DNA from: Octopus sinensis
Taxonomy: Eukaryota
Length of the DNA stretch: 64,000 nt
NCBI RefSeq assembly: GCF_006345805.1
Contig: NC_043001.1
Coordinates: 15,438,001 to 15,502,000, forward strand
Reading direction: 5' to 3'
In this document: positions 48,331 to 61,960 of the stretch, piece by piece
Layout: the number at the start of each line of letters is the position of its first letter
How positions within the stretch are numbered: position 1 is the first letter of the stretch
Position numbers and translations under genes: made by a program
Notes under the pieces: generated by a model
Database searches by the model: none
What the model saw: only the letters and a program-made list of their open reading frames with translations
Told to the model about the DNA's origin: nothing

Positions 48331-50094
48331 AAATAATTACACATGCATGCACATAAACACACACAGATACATACATGCACGCACGTAAATACACATATAC
48401 ACACACACATATGCTAACACAAAAACACGCAAACATACCATTACACATGCATACCTTTATGTACACATTGTTGTTGGCATCCTGTTTGTCTCGGGACACA
48501 ATAGAGTTGCGCATAAAATAATCCAGAACCATGTGATTGGTAAGCAAGCTACTTACCACACAGCCACTCCTACGCCTTTGTACAAAAGAAAATTCTTAAA
48601 ATATTTAATGTTTTGCACAAGCAAAACCAATTTATTGTACATAAACACTAACAACAAAATCTTACATGGATCTCCAGAGGATCTCCATAGATCTTACAGA
48701 CCCCGATTGAAAACTACAGACGTGGATGCTCCCTCATTGGTTCTTGGTAGCTTGGACAGCTTCCGTACGTGCACGGGCTCATTCTGTTTTATTCTTCATG
48801 GTCAACGCTTCTTAACTGGCGACAGTGAATAAAAGACTAAACAAATGCAGAGTCGCTTGTCTGTTGGATAAAATGCTTCATGGTATTTATTCCGTCTTTT
48901 TCCGTTCTGAGTTCAAATCACACCTGAAATTTACCATTTGTCATTTCGGAGTCGATAAAAAGGTACTAATCCAAGGCGGTGGATTTGCCAGAACAATTTA
49001 ATGCAGTGGCTTTCAACTGGGGTCCACATAAGATTTTCTTATGTGCAATAAATTTGCTGGACTCTTATAGTAATAAACACATTTTTTAAACAATTTTGTT
49101 ATACAATTCCTGTGGTTGTGTGGTAAAAAGCTTGCTTCCCAACCACACGGTTCCGGGTTCAGTCTCACTGCGTGGCACCTTTGGTAAGTGTCTTCTACTA
49201 TAGCCTCGGGCCAACCAAAGCCTTGTCAGTGGATTTGGTAGACGGAAACTGAAAGAAGCCCGTCGTATATGTGTGTATGTGTGTTTGTGTCACCATTACT
49301 TTACAACCGGTACTGGTGTGTTTACGTCCCCGTAACTTAGCGTTTTGGCAAAAAAGACCGATAGAATAAGAACTAGGCTTTAAAAAATAAGTCTTGGAGT
49401 CTATTTGTTCAACTAAACCTCAGCATGGCCGCAGTCTGATGACTGAAACAAGTAAAACAAGTAATATACAAAAATTATAGGATTTTTCAAAGGTCGAATG
49501 GCTTCGGGGGCGAATGCAAATAAAATTGGAACAAAAGCGGTCCAAAGGTAAAGAATGGTTGCGAACCACTGTATTAGATGGTCATGCGAGATGCCTTGCG
49601 GTATTTATTTTGGCGGTCCGTTGCCTTCTGACAGTAACGTCTGTGATGACACTGGTGCCAAGCTGTATCGGATCAAGTCGGCGGCCTTTCTCTTGGATAA
49701 ATATTGGCGGCGCGGAGAGAGGAGGAATGTATGCATTGGTAACTGCCAATCTTTCGTAGTAAATAAGTAAATAAATAAATAAATAAGAAAGAAAGAAAAG
49801 GAAGAAACTTTTGTCAAGATTTGTAGAAACACGTGTAGATAGATAAGTAATCAACACTGACCAACAGAGAACTTTAATGGTTAAACTGATATAAAAAAAA
49901 GGAGAACTTATAAACTGGCAATACAGGATTTGCACAGAACATCATATTGGATAGTCAGATAAATTCGTTCGTTTCTTTTCATATTCAATATTAATCCTTT
50001 CCAGTGTTATTTGTATTAATTCGAAAAATATTTTTATTGTAGTTTTTTCGTTTTTTGTAGTTTATTCCTCTTCTACAACTTTTATTTATCGTTA

Positions 50095-50212
50095 ATGGTT
50101 CCGGGTTCAGTCCCACTGCGTGGCACCTTGGGCAAGTGTCTTCTTCTATAGCCTTGGGTCAACCGAAGACTTGTGAGTGGATTTGGTAGACGGAAACTGA
50201 AAGAAGCGCGTC

Positions 50213-50252
<40 letters not shown>

Positions 50253-50470
50253 TTGTGTATGTATATGTTTGTGTCTGTGTTTGTCCTCCCCAACATCGCT
50301 TGATAACCGATGCTGGTGTGTTTACGTCCCCGTCGGCTAGCGTTTCGGCAAAAGAGACCAATAGAATAAGTACTAGGCTTACAAAGAATCAGTCCTGGGG
50401 TCGATTTGCTCGACTAAAAGCAGTGCTCCAACATGGCCGCAGTCAAATGACTGAAACAAAGAAAAGAGAT
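50095..50470 (+). mobile_element. SINE family A (5'-truncated)
   Basis: Homology to the other copies. Confidence 0.88.
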
Positions 50471-50474
50471 AGAT

Positions 50475-50698
50475 AGATTTCTTTACTACCCACAAGGAGC
50501 TAAACAGAGGGGACAAACATGGACAGACAAACGGATTAAGTCGATTACATCGACCCTAGTGCGTAACTGGTACTTAATTTATCGACCCCGAAAGGATGAA
50601 AGGCAAAGTCGACCTCGGCGGAATTTGAACTCGGAACGTATCGACAGACGAAATGCGGCTACGCATTTCGCCCGGAGTGCTAACGTTTCTGCCAGCTA
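50475..50698 (-). mobile_element. SINE family B
   Basis: Head, core and spacer. Confidence 0.88.
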
Positions 50699-50754
50699 GA
50701 TAGACAGATAGATGTAGAATATAGTTTTCATGACACCAACTTTTCTCCAAAGAG

Positions 50755-50790
50755 TTCCTGAGGAAGATGTCTCAACTCTGAAATATTGAA
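50755..50790 (+). ncRNA. Candidate minimal hammerhead ribozyme
   Basis: ttc-CTGAGGA-aga(9 nt)tct-GAAA-ta-TT-gaa; palindrome AATATT; 3-bp helices. Confidence 0.55.
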
Positions 50791-51409
50791 ACACCCAGGT
50801 AATGCAATTAACCTGTTTTGTTTTTTTTTTATCTATGAATTGCTTTGTTTTGACTTTTAGAAAATATAATGATAAACATTTAGACAGATGAGTGATATAA
50901 TTCAAATATTCTAAGTAACGCTTAACATTAAGCACATCCAAGAACAAAATGGCAAGCAGAAGTGGGGCTGCTCAGTGAAGGGCAGGTTGGTGAAAGGTAT
51001 AAATAAATAGATAAATAAATAAAGCGAATTTGGTGTTAATAGTTGAAGCAGTCGTTGGGTTGGCTTTGCTTTACTTTAAGCCCTGACTAGACTCACTGAC
51101 GAGCAGACGATGTAAGCAGACGATGTAAGAAAGACGTGCCATAGCTAACAAGTTATTAGGTTAATTGTGGCGCCTTGTCACTCGGCCGCCACACAGCCCC
51201 TTCAATACTGACCTTCGTCACCACTATCACCACCATCAACAGAAATTGGTCCCCCCATCATCATCATCATCATCATCATTATCATCACGAACAACAACGG
51301 TATCAACTACAATAAACGACATCCATCAACATCGATATCAACACAATGCTGCAAACGGCCGTTCGTGACCGTCTGTAACCCGCTGCCTCTATCACCAATG
51401 TCACCACCA

Positions 51410-51676
51410 CCACTACGACCACCACTGCCGCCGCCACCACCACCAACACTACCACTGCTGCCGCCACCACCACCAGCACTACCACTGCCGCCGCCACCAC
51501 CACCAACACTACCACTGCTGCCGCCACCACCACTACCACTGCCGCCGCCGCCACCACCACTGCCGCCGCCGCCACCACCACCACCCACCACCACCACGAA
51601 CAATAATAGCAACAACATAAGATCATTGGTCGAGTTTATTAGGGCTGACTAAGACAACACCATAATTACTAATACT

Positions 51677-51722
<46 letters not shown>

Positions 51723-52000
51723 TAGTAGTGGAGGTGGTGGTGGTGGTGGTGGTGGTGGTAGTGTGGTTAGTAGTGGTGGTAGTGGTAGTAGTATTGGTGG
51801 TGGTGGTGGTATTAGTATTAATAGTGGTGGTGGTAGTGGTGGTGGTGGCGGTGTTAGTAGTAGTGGTGTTGGTGGTGGTGGTGGTGATGGTAGTAGTAGT
51901 AGTAGTGGTGGTGGTGGGGATAGTAGTAGTAGTAGTATAGTAGTAGTAGTAGTAGTGGTGGTGGTGGTGGTGGTGGTAGTAGTAGTAGTAGTAGTTTTAT
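51410..52000. repeat. Compound (CAC/TAC/GCC)n then (GTA/GTG)n trinucleotide tracts
   Basis: Directly visible; source of the poly-G/P/V ORFs. Confidence 0.95.
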
Positions 52001-52149
52001 TGTTGTTGTCATGAGAGTGCTGTTGTTGCCGCTGCTGTCAGAATGTGCCTGAATCTTTTTTTTTTTTTCAAGATGAACGCAATGCCCCCGAATACACTCA
52101 TTGGTAGGAAAAGGGAAGAAAGCAAAATTAGGCCTCAACGCTGGCATGT

Positions 52150-52180
<31 letters not shown>

Positions 52181-52359
52181 GGGTCAGCACCACCACCACC
52201 ATCATCACCATCACCAGCAGCAATAACAACAACAACGACATGACCCATGAAAAGAGATCGCCCCTTTTATGAGCTAGGAAGAATAAAATCCGTACAACAA
52301 CAACAACAACAACAATAATAATAATAATAACAATAATAACAATAATAATAATAAAAAAA

Positions 52360-52567
52360 TATTCAGACAAATACATAACAAAAACACCAGGACTTACAAA
52401 CACATATAACATACAGAAAATTGCACTACTAGGCACTGCACACATCCTACACAGAACACTTTCCATACAATAACCATCAGAGCATCACAACAAATCACAG
52501 TACATACCCAAGGCACACAGAGCTGCGCTCGGTAGTGAAGTGAAAGCATGCTATAAAAATAAAACTG

Positions 52568-52570
<3 letters not shown>
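52360..52570 (+). mobile_element. R4/Dong-like (RLE) LINE 3' end inserted in (TAA)n
   Basis: SDKYITKTPGLTNTYNIQKIALLGTAHILHRTLSIQ* (stop at 52471), the QK..LLGTA.IL terminus of RLE LINEs; flanked by AAT repeats. Confidence 0.85.
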
Positions 52571-52601
<31 letters not shown>

Positions 52602-52618
52602 TAATAATAATAATAATA

Positions 52619-52663
<45 letters not shown>

Positions 52664-52689
52664 TTATTATTATTATTATTTCAAATCTT

Positions 52690-53372
52690 AGTCGCAAGGG
52701 CAGCTTGGGGGAGGTGGGGGTGAATCGATTACATCGACCCCAGTGTTTTTCACTGATACTTATTCTGTTGACCCCGAAAGGATGAAAGAGGTAAAGTCGA
52801 CCTCGGCAGAATTTGAACTCAGAACGTAGCGACTGGCGAAATGCCGCTTAGCATTTCGTCCAGCGCGCTAACGATTCTGCTAGTTTCCCGCCTTATAAGC
52901 GCTAGTAATAATCCTTTCTACGATAGACAAGGCCTGAAATTTGGGGGTGGAGAAAGGTCGATTACATCGACCCCAGTACTTAGCTGGTACTCATTGTATG
53001 AACTCCGAAAGGATAAAAGGCAAAGTCGACCTCGGCGAAATCTGAACTCGGAACGTATCGACGGGCGAAATACCGCTTAGCATTTCGCCCAGCGCCTTAA
53101 CGATTCTGCCAGCGCATCGCCTTCAACAATAATAAAAAATAATCCTTTCTACTATAGGCACAAGGCCTTGAAAAATTAAGGGGTGGGTGGGGAAGGGGGC
53201 TAGTCGATTACAACGACCCCAGTGCGTAACTGGTACTTATTTAATCGACCCCGAAAGGATGAAAGGCAATGTCGACCCCAGCCGAATTTGAACTCAGAAC
53301 ATAACGACAGATGAAATACTGCTAAGTATTTCGCCCGGCGTGCTAACGTTTCTGCCAGCTCGTCGCCTTTTC
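52690..53372 (-). mobile_element. Three SINE B monomers in tandem
   Basis: Each has head and core; separated by short (AAT)-type tails. Confidence 0.85.
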
Positions 53373-53779
53373 AACAACAACAACAATAATAATAATAATA
53401 ATAACAACTATATCTAGTTTTAACACAAAGCTACAAATTTGTAAGAGACAGGAAGAAAGGTGGCCTTTTGTAGATTTAAATCGAAAACTGCCCTCCAAAC
53501 ACGAACTGCTCTGTTACACATGTTATTGACCGCGAAAGAAAATCACACGGGTTTTATTTACGCAGTAGCTTGACCTGTTAACAATAATAGTTAAATCACT
53601 TTCAAAACATACAATACTGTCTTTACGAAAGAAAAAAAAAAAAAAAAAAGAAAACTCGTTCAATAAGTTAGTCCCCCGAGATAATATGCGTTGGAATCGA
53701 TGAGAAATCTCCATCGCGACAAAGACCACTTTGGCCAAATCTCCTAAGAACGAAACTACCTGTTGTCTTTTATCATTTA

Positions 53780-54165
53780 CTAGCAGTATCGCCCGGCGTT
53801 GCTCGGGTTTGTAAGGGAAATAACTATATAAGCATTTTTAGAGAGTTATAGCCAAAAAATAGCAAAAAAAATGCATTAAAAATGGAAAAAAAATTATGGT
53901 AAATTTTTTTTTAAATCGTTGACTCATCGTAGACATTTTTAGAGAGTTACTTCCCTTATATAATAGCGAAAAAATGCATTAAAATGGAAAAAAATGATGG
54001 TAAATTTTTTTTTAAATCGTAGACTCATGCTAATACCCAGAAGGGCTTGATATGAATCACGACTATAAGATACCCGGTTTTGGTTAAACTGCACCGCAAA
54101 ATGTGGGAGTAGTTAGGAATCTAAATCGTAGGAGACAGACACAACTTCACTTTTATATATAAAGA
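53780..54165 (-). mobile_element. Non-autonomous Helitron, near-identical to 33881-34276
   Basis: Reverse-complement match over almost the full length; TC...CTAG ends. Confidence 0.9.
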
Positions 54166-54322
54166 TTTGCTTCAGTCATTAGATTGCGACCATGCTGTGG
54201 TTTCGGGTTCAGTCCCACTGCGTGGCACTTTGGGCAAGGGTTTTTTAACTGTAGCCACGGACCGACCAATGTTTTATCAGTGGATTTGGTGGGCGGAAAC
54301 TGGAAGAAGCCCGTCATATATA

Positions 54323-54378
<56 letters not shown>

Positions 54379-54624
54379 ATGTGTGTGAGTGTCTGTGTTT
54401 GTCCCTCACCGACGCTTGACAACCGGTTTAAGCGAGTTTACGTCCGCGTAATCTAGCGGTTTGGCAAAAGAGGCCGATAGAATAAGTACCAGGCTTAAAA
54501 GAAAAATTAAGTACATGGGTTGATTCATTCGACAAAGAACTCTTCAAGGCGTTGCCCCAGTATGGCCACAGTTAATGATCAAGATAAGTAAAAGATATAC
54601 TAACACCAAACAAATGCTCTCATA

Positions 54625-55504
54625 CGTGGTCTGATCAATATGTATCCGGACTGTTGCTATAGTAACGAAGCTGAAACATGCAGAGTGAAGCCGCTTGCAC
54701 AGATTGACCTTGTACTCTGATGTGCACGCGCACTAAGTTTTAAAGTTCTAGCTCACTTCCGCTGATAACAGTAGTGCTTAGAAGGAAGGTGTGTAGCGTG
54801 CGATCGTTGCATTGACCACGACAGAGAATCTGCATCAAATTTTGCCAAAAGCTTGGCGATACCTGCTCAGGGGCCTACGAAAAGTTTTCAAGAAGTTCTC
54901 ATCGTTCTCGACACAATCAGTGAGATCTTGTGCAACTGAGACCCTAGTGTCTTTTTGGTCAGCTGAAAGCAGTTTTGGCACAAATTTGGCAGACACGCGT
55001 CTCATACCCAAATATTTGGTGATAACGGACTGAACTGATCTGTATCTAATCTGCACATCCTCTGATAACTCACGGATGGTGATTCCACGATTTCCCCTCA
55101 TAGCTGTATGCGCATCTGCGATGTTTTTCTCAGTTCTGCTGGTCGCGAGTCACCCAGAACGTTCGTCACTATCGACACTTTTTCGGCCATCTTGGAAACG
55201 TCTGAACCACTTGTACACCTGTGTGCGGTTCTACACTCATCTCCATACACTTTGTGCAATTTTGTGTAGGCTTCTGAGCAGGTATCACCATGAAAACGTT
55301 CTCAGTCTTAGTCAACTGCGACGATCACACGCTACACACCTTCCTTCCAAGCATTGCTGTAAACAGCAGAAGAGAGCGAGAACGTTAAAACTTAGTGCGC
55401 ATGCACAGCAGAATTTAAGGTCAATCTTCACCAAGTGGCTTCACACTGCGTGCTTTAGCTTCGTTACTATGGCAACAGTCCGGATACTTATTGAACAGAC
55501 CTGG
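54625..55504 (-). mobile_element. Mariner-derived non-autonomous element with ~270-bp TIRs
   Basis: TA flanks; minus strand GDTCSEAYTKLHKVYGDE..QVYKWFRRFQDGRKSVDSDERSG..ITIRELSEDV..LGMRRVSAKFVPKLL. Confidence 0.9.
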
Positions 55505-55686
55505 TAGATTTCTCGAAAATCAATCACCAAAAACCACACAAAAAATACATGAACACAAATAAAAAAAATTATGGACCTTTCACTTTGAGGAAGATCTTAT
55601 CCCCAACTTTTTTTTTTTGCCTTTTTATTTAAGTGACACTGGAACGCAAGAGAAAAATCTAAAAACTTGAGGACTTACGACTAGGC

Positions 55687-56041
55687 CAAGGGTTCTCAAC
55701 TATTTTTTTTTTTACATCTATGGACTCCTTGATTACTATTTTATTTTGGTGGATCCCCATAGTTATTCGATGCTTAAAAATTACCTTACAAGAATCTTCT
55801 TTCAAAATTCCTATTTAGTTTTTCAAACATTAACTTGTGTAGATTGAACCCTGTAAAATGTTAGTGAAAGAAACCCAGCTGTTTCTTGCAATACATACCA
55901 ATACATAAATCTAAAGGAATTTTTTTTCAAGGGCCCTTAAAAGACTAATGCTGATCTCGAATATACTATTTTATTGCATGGACCCCTAAAAGTTATATAT
56001 GGACGGTTAGGGGCCATATAGACTTCGGCTGAGAATCACTG
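55687..56041. mobile_element. hAT-type MITE
   Basis: TIR caagggttctcaac / gctgagaatcactg; 8-bp TSD gactaggc / gactaagc. Confidence 0.75.
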
Positions 56042-56210
56042 GACTAAGCAGTTTTACAAGCACCGAGCTAAAATACTGAATAAATGAATGCACTTACTAA
56101 CCTCTACAATTTCTTGTAACAGAAACGCCAAATTTTCTGTATGTATCCGAATCTGCGCAAAATTAGAATTTTGAAGTTCAACAGCCTCAAACGAAGAAAC
56201 ATTAGACAGG

Positions 56211-56314
56211 CCAATCACCCTCCTGTACGCACCCTAAAACAATCTAGAAAAGGCACAGCTTTGACGTCACAAATACACACACACCTCTCTTTCGAAATCA
56301 CAACGCAGATGGCG
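56211..56314 (+). promoter_or_regulatory. Cluster of CCAAT, CRE and YY1-like motifs
   Basis: CCAAT at 56211, TGACGTCA at 56262, AGATGGCG at 56307, within ~100 bp of non-repeat sequence. Confidence 0.2.
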
Positions 56315-56909
56315 CTACAACACCCAACCATCTTATTTATTTGCAAAACTAACACAGGGGTGTGATTTAAGTGAGATTTGACGTTACTTCTATTTAAATT
56401 GGGCGACGACTCTGTCGTGGTTTCCTTATTTTTAGGTGTTGAATCAGGGTGTGCTGAACATTGTCAAGTATTAAATAAATAGGGAATACCCTAAATGTAT
56501 GTCTTTGGTTTCTTTTTATTTAGCGACGCTTAAAAGTGCTTAGCTATTTCACCGTGAAATGTTTGATCCTTGTGACCCGCTCAAGTCTTTTGGTGTGGTT
56601 AGATCGCATCCGAAACATGACTCAAATGAATTTCTCCCCAAAACGAATTAAAGAGAGATAACTCTAGATCACCTCGCTCACAATTTGGCTCCAGTCTCTT
56701 TCTTTTTACCTTCCTCTCTCTCCCTTAACAAGTTTCAAAGTGCATGACATTGTAAAGCCGTAAGCAGGGACAAACGGGTCTGAGCTTCTCGTCAGTCATT
56801 TAAAACGCGTATCGTGTTTTAAATACAACGTATCTATGAAGAGATTTCTCTGGTAAAAGCCACCCGCATCATTCTATTCAGCGGTCTAAATACATTTACT
56901 ATGATACAG

Positions 56910-56911
56910 TG

Positions 56912-56969
<58 letters not shown>

Positions 56970-57212
56970 GTCTGTCTGTGTGTCTATCTTATCTATCTGT
57001 ATGTCTGTCTGTCTATCTATCTGTTTATCTATCGATCTGTTTATCTGTCTGTCTGTCTGTCAGTCTATCTATCTATCTGTCTATCTATCTATTTATCTAT
57101 GTATCTGTCTATCTATCTGTCTGTCTGTTTGTCTATCTATCTATCGATCTGTTTATCTACCTATCTATCGATCTGTTTATCTACCTACTTATCGATCTGT
57201 TTATCTACCTAC

Positions 57213-57281
<69 letters not shown>

Positions 57282-57320
57282 AGTCTGTCTGTCTATCTAT
57301 CTATCGATCTGTTATCTATC
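56910..57320. repeat. (TCTA/TCTG)n microsatellite
   Basis: Directly visible. Confidence 0.97.
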
Positions 57321-59550
57321 TATTTGTTTGTCTGAAATATGAAGCTTGCGCTCTCAGAACTAAAGTACGAAAAGCCAAATGCTGTTGGATGAGCTCAAGT
57401 GAGACACAATGTGCAAACAGAAAGAATTTAGTTTTTGAATGGACGGACGCATGATTCTCGATTCCAAAAGGATAGGAGCAGCTTTCCATTGGAAATATAT
57501 GCAATGAACGGATATTGAATAAAATTTGTATATTCTTATGTAGATATGTTTCACCGTAACAATCTTATAAACTGGATCTCTTCTTGTCAGGGGTTCCAGT
57601 TGAACCTACCTCTCGGCAGGAAACACAGATACGGGCAACGGCGCCGAACTCCCTTGTTGATCAAGTGCCACGTGTCAGAGGTGGTTTCACATACTAGTGT
57701 AACACATTCAACGGTGGTGCCCCAGCATGGCCGCAGCTTTCGGGCTGAAACATCTTTAAGGATTTTTTTTTTATGGGCTTGATGTGATGTAGATTGAGAA
57801 ACTTTTATATCCTGGTGTTGGATATGTAACGGTTAAGATTAATTAGGTACACAATAATATGAAATGACGGAGTCAGCAGTTGTAACGATAAAGATTTGTT
57901 ATCATAACGGCATGTGAAAGATGGACAATGCATGAAGTTTTAAGAAAGTATTTATTTATCGTTACGTTGAAAAATACCATACCTCGACGGGCAGGTTATA
58001 ACATCCGAGAGCATGCGAAAGAAAGTTAGATGTGGTAGAATTTTTCTTTGTATAGTTTTGTGTACACGTTGTTAGTAAGTAATCCACAGATAGCGATAGA
58101 ATGATGTTGTAAGAGAACAGAATTAGAGCTAGTGGAAGTTGTAGGGTCGTGCGAAGGTGTCTCATGGTTGCTGACAGTAAATTTCATTTCTCTATCTGAC
58201 TATTGTCTTTAGTAGCTGCCTTGCTTGTGATCATGATTCTAGCAGTCCGTTCCCTAACTGATTGAGTTGTCACGAGCCGACTCACTCAGTTGTCACCGAG
58301 TGACCACTGGTTGAGTCGTCACTAAGTGACTAACTGTCTTTTGTTTGCGGGTTCTTGCTTTTATAACTATCCAGAAGGAAAGATATATCGTTGAGAACGA
58401 TGGGCTTCGTTGATGGTACTGTGATATCTCTATTCTAGCTTTTGGTGAAGTAGAAGAGGTTAGAAAGGGTCAAGTGGTGAAGACATATTTCGGCAAATGT
58501 CACAGAAAAACTATTGTTTTACCGTGAGAAAAGTTCTGTTGAACTGTTAATTTAGATTTGGGTATAGCTTGCAAGATTCACTACATATATATAATTTAAC
58601 GAAGCAGGGGAAGGAAAATATTCACACAGCGCACTACAATTACTGTTACATGAGATTAAACGCTTCTGTCAACGGCTCACAGTGAACTGCTTTCCCAATC
58701 AATTGCTTACAATCAATTGCTTACAATCAATTGCTGACCATTCGACAGTCGTCTTTTTTATAGCAATGCGTCAGTCCACTTTTAGTCACCTGGGGGTGGT
58801 CGGAATCCTTCAACAACAGAAACAAAACAAGAGGACTCTATGTTTGCTGCGTTGTTTGAATATGTGTTTTGGAGTAAGTTTTGTGTTTTATGAGAACTAT
58901 GCTGTAGCTCTAAGTTATTACTATTTGGCACTTGTAGTAAAAAGCTAGCGGATTCCGGGGCAACGTTTATATTTTTAACGCTGTTGACATCGCCGGATTG
59001 AATGGTAGAGTCCAGGTGTCGAAACCACAGCGATATCAGTTTGGCAGCTGATGTTGCAAATATAGATTTGTCATGCTTGATTGTGAATTTCTTATATCTC
59101 AGTTTTATCATTCTGATTTGTCCTTCATTCTGTGGAATTCATAGTTTGTGGAAATCATTTTCGTACCGGTTGGCTTTTCTTCATAGTTAACCTAATTAGA
59201 TTTAGATAAAGTTTATATATTAACGTCTAGTTTTGGGAGTTTTATGTTATATATATATGTGTGTGTATGGAATGATTTTGGACAAACATTCTACGTTTGG
59301 TAAATAAACACTGAAGCTTGTCCAGCGATATATAATGTGTTGTAGCGAGTCTATAAAAAAATAGATGAAATGTATGTCACGTCGATGTATTTATTAAATA
59401 CCAATGTCCGCTCATTTCTGAAAATATGCCGTAAAACATGACGGCACAAGTACACTATGTGTGTGTGTAGTATATGAATATGCGTGTGTGTTTGTGCAGG
59501 TGTGTGTATAGGTAAGCATATATATGTGTGTATGTATATATGTATGTATG

Positions 59551-59644
<94 letters not shown>

Positions 59645-59650
59645 ATATAT

Positions 59651-59682
<32 letters not shown>

Positions 59683-59683
<1 letters not shown>

Positions 59684-59895
59684 GGTTAATCCAAACATGA
59701 AAACACAAAGAGAAAACACAACAACGCGAGGACGTGGAACAAATATAGTATTATTGGACGCTCAGGAAGAAAGGGAAGAAGGAGGGTTTAACGTTTCGAG
59801 CGGAGCTCTTCGTCAGAAACATAGGAAAAGGAAAAATCCAGAGAAGGGAAGACGGAGGAAAAAAATCGCCAATGGTACACACGCGGTCACATTTT
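59683..59895 (-). mobile_element. Short HHR-bearing non-autonomous element (copy 2)
   Basis: Abuts a long (TA)n tract; homologous to 24055-24265. Confidence 0.8.
59786..59820 (-). ncRNA. Complete minimal type I hammerhead ribozyme
   Basis: gttt-CTGACGA-a-gagc(tcc)gctc-GAAA-cg-TT-aaac: perfect helices I and II, palindrome AACGTT. Confidence 0.85.
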
Positions 59896-60542
59896 GAATT
59901 ATATATGTGTATGTGTGTGTGTGTGTGTGTGTGTGTAATTATTAACATATATTCACACATATGTACGATTCTATATATGCATAGACATATATGTATGTAG
60001 AATAGTGTCTATACAAATGGAGTGAGATCTAGAGAGGGGGAGAGATGCAGAGAGAGAGATGCACAGAGAGAGAGAGAGAGAGAAATAAAAGGAACCAAAT
60101 ATAAATAGATAGATATATTGACGGATATATAGACAGGTGCACGCATAGATGCTTAAACAGACAGACCGACAGACAGACACTCATCCAGACAGACACTCGT
60201 CCAGACAGACATTCAGACAGGCAGCCAGACAGACATATGACTATTTTCTCGCTGTGGAATTATATACCCGAGCATGTTTATGAAATACATATCTGTCATG
60301 TAATATATGTGATGTTGTATAGTATAACAGCAATGAATACGTGTAAATATGAAGCCACTTACATGGATAAACAGCATCCATCTGTGAATGTCAATACATA
60401 CATGCATATGTATATACATGCGTATGTATGTATATATATATATATATATATATACATACATGCGTTTGTGTGTGTGTATAGGGAAGGAAAGAGATACATT
60501 TATATAAGTGTATACGTGTATGTATACATAAATACATGTACG

Positions 60543-60578
<36 letters not shown>

Positions 60579-61329
60579 TATAAACATTCATGCACACATA
60601 TGCATACACATATATCTGCATTCACCCATATGTCTATGAGTACATACATAGAAATATAGAAATATATACATACATACATACATACATCCACACGTATATA
60701 TACACACACATACTCATATTTATATGTATACAAATATATTCCCTGTCACATACATGCATATATGGATGTACTTATGTATGCATGCATGGCTGCATATGTG
60801 TATGCACGTATGTATGTATGTATGTATGTATGTATGAATGTATGTATGTATGTATGTATGCATGCATGTATGTATGTATGTATGTATGCATGTATGTATG
60901 TATGTATGTATGTATGCATGCATGTATGTATGTATGTATGTATGTATGTATGCATGCATGTATGTTTTTTTTTAGATTTAAGTTCTTTTTAAGAGGGTTC
61001 AAGCTGGTCGCAGACAAAACAAAGCGACAAGACTTTACGATTTAAGACCGATTCTGGTGTCTGTAAATATGTGATTGAATCGGTGTGTTGGTTGACAGTC
61101 AATGCATTTACCCAAGTGTGTGTATCTATGCATCGTTAAAATCTCAGATGAAGATTCTTTGGAATGTCTTTCAAATATTCATTGTGTCATTAATAGATTG
61201 GATTTGGAGAATCTGTGCCACTTCATTTTGCTCTTTCTTTGAAAAACCCGAATTTCTAGGGGGGGTTTTTTGTGTTAATGTGTAGGTACATAGCCTAATG
61301 ATTTTATGATAATGGACACAAAGTAAAAT

Positions 61330-61960
61330 TTACAGTCAGGGAACAAGAGCCGTAAGGGTACAAGAGCCACATTGATTCACCATAAATGTTACCGTTCTCC
61401 TGGACCTCTGGTGGCACGTTCAAATCACTGGACAGTTGACCTCTCCAACAGTGCACGACTTTTGTTTTCTCTTCCACAGAACAACATCAAGTCTTGTGTT
61501 TGCACAGATTTGCTGTTTTTGATTGGAGTATTCCACCAGCATTCCTAATTTTTCAAAGTGTGAATACAAGCTGGTTCTGACATGCCTTTGATGTATCAGG
61601 ACAACCCTTCCTGCAGATAGTATTGTAAATAATTTTTACAACTATATCGTGTCTCAAGGATAGGTAGTATCTTGTCAATATTTTGGCTGAGCTGTTGATG
61701 ATATGGACGATATCTTTCACACTGGTATAGCATAACCGACATTTTCAACGTGGAGGTTTGATGCTATCATTTTTCTCTCTTGTTTAACAAATAGTTAGAA
61801 GCTTTTTATTGTTCCTGGATAGCGAAGGTATAGCCTTCCAGGTGGAATGTAATGTGTCTATTACAGGTTCAGGTGAGGCTACTCTTCCTGTCGATGCTGC
61901 TGTTATCCTCTAGCTTACGGAATATGTACCCAAACATTGCTTTCGTTGATACAATGTGTG
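61330..61960 (-). pseudogene. RLE-type (R4/Dong/NeSL-like) LINE ORF C-terminal region
   Basis: HLEGYTFAIQEQ..KCRLCYTSVKDIVHIINS..YYLSLRHDIVVK..WWNTPIK..LDVVLW..CTVGEVNCP: zinc knuckle, RHD and restriction-like endonuclease motifs, with stops and frameshifts. Confidence 0.85.

Noticed and set aside
49555-49770. GC-rich 71-aa ORF
   Set aside because: Starts within a hAT-MITE-like end (cagtggttcgcaacc on the minus strand) and has no recognisable domain.
51165-52243. His/Ser-, Gly-, Pro- and Gln/His-rich ORFs resembling low-complexity exons
   Set aside because: Frames are bounded by stops without usable splice sites; explained by trinucleotide repeats.
58105-58400. Possible solo LTR starting tgttgtaag
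   Set aside because: No matching CA end, TSD, PBS or PPT found.
334-61045. Most ORFs in the six-frame track (poly-YI, CV, HT, LSIY, FVCL, ER and similar)
   Set aside because: They are translations of microsatellites or minisatellites with no domain content.
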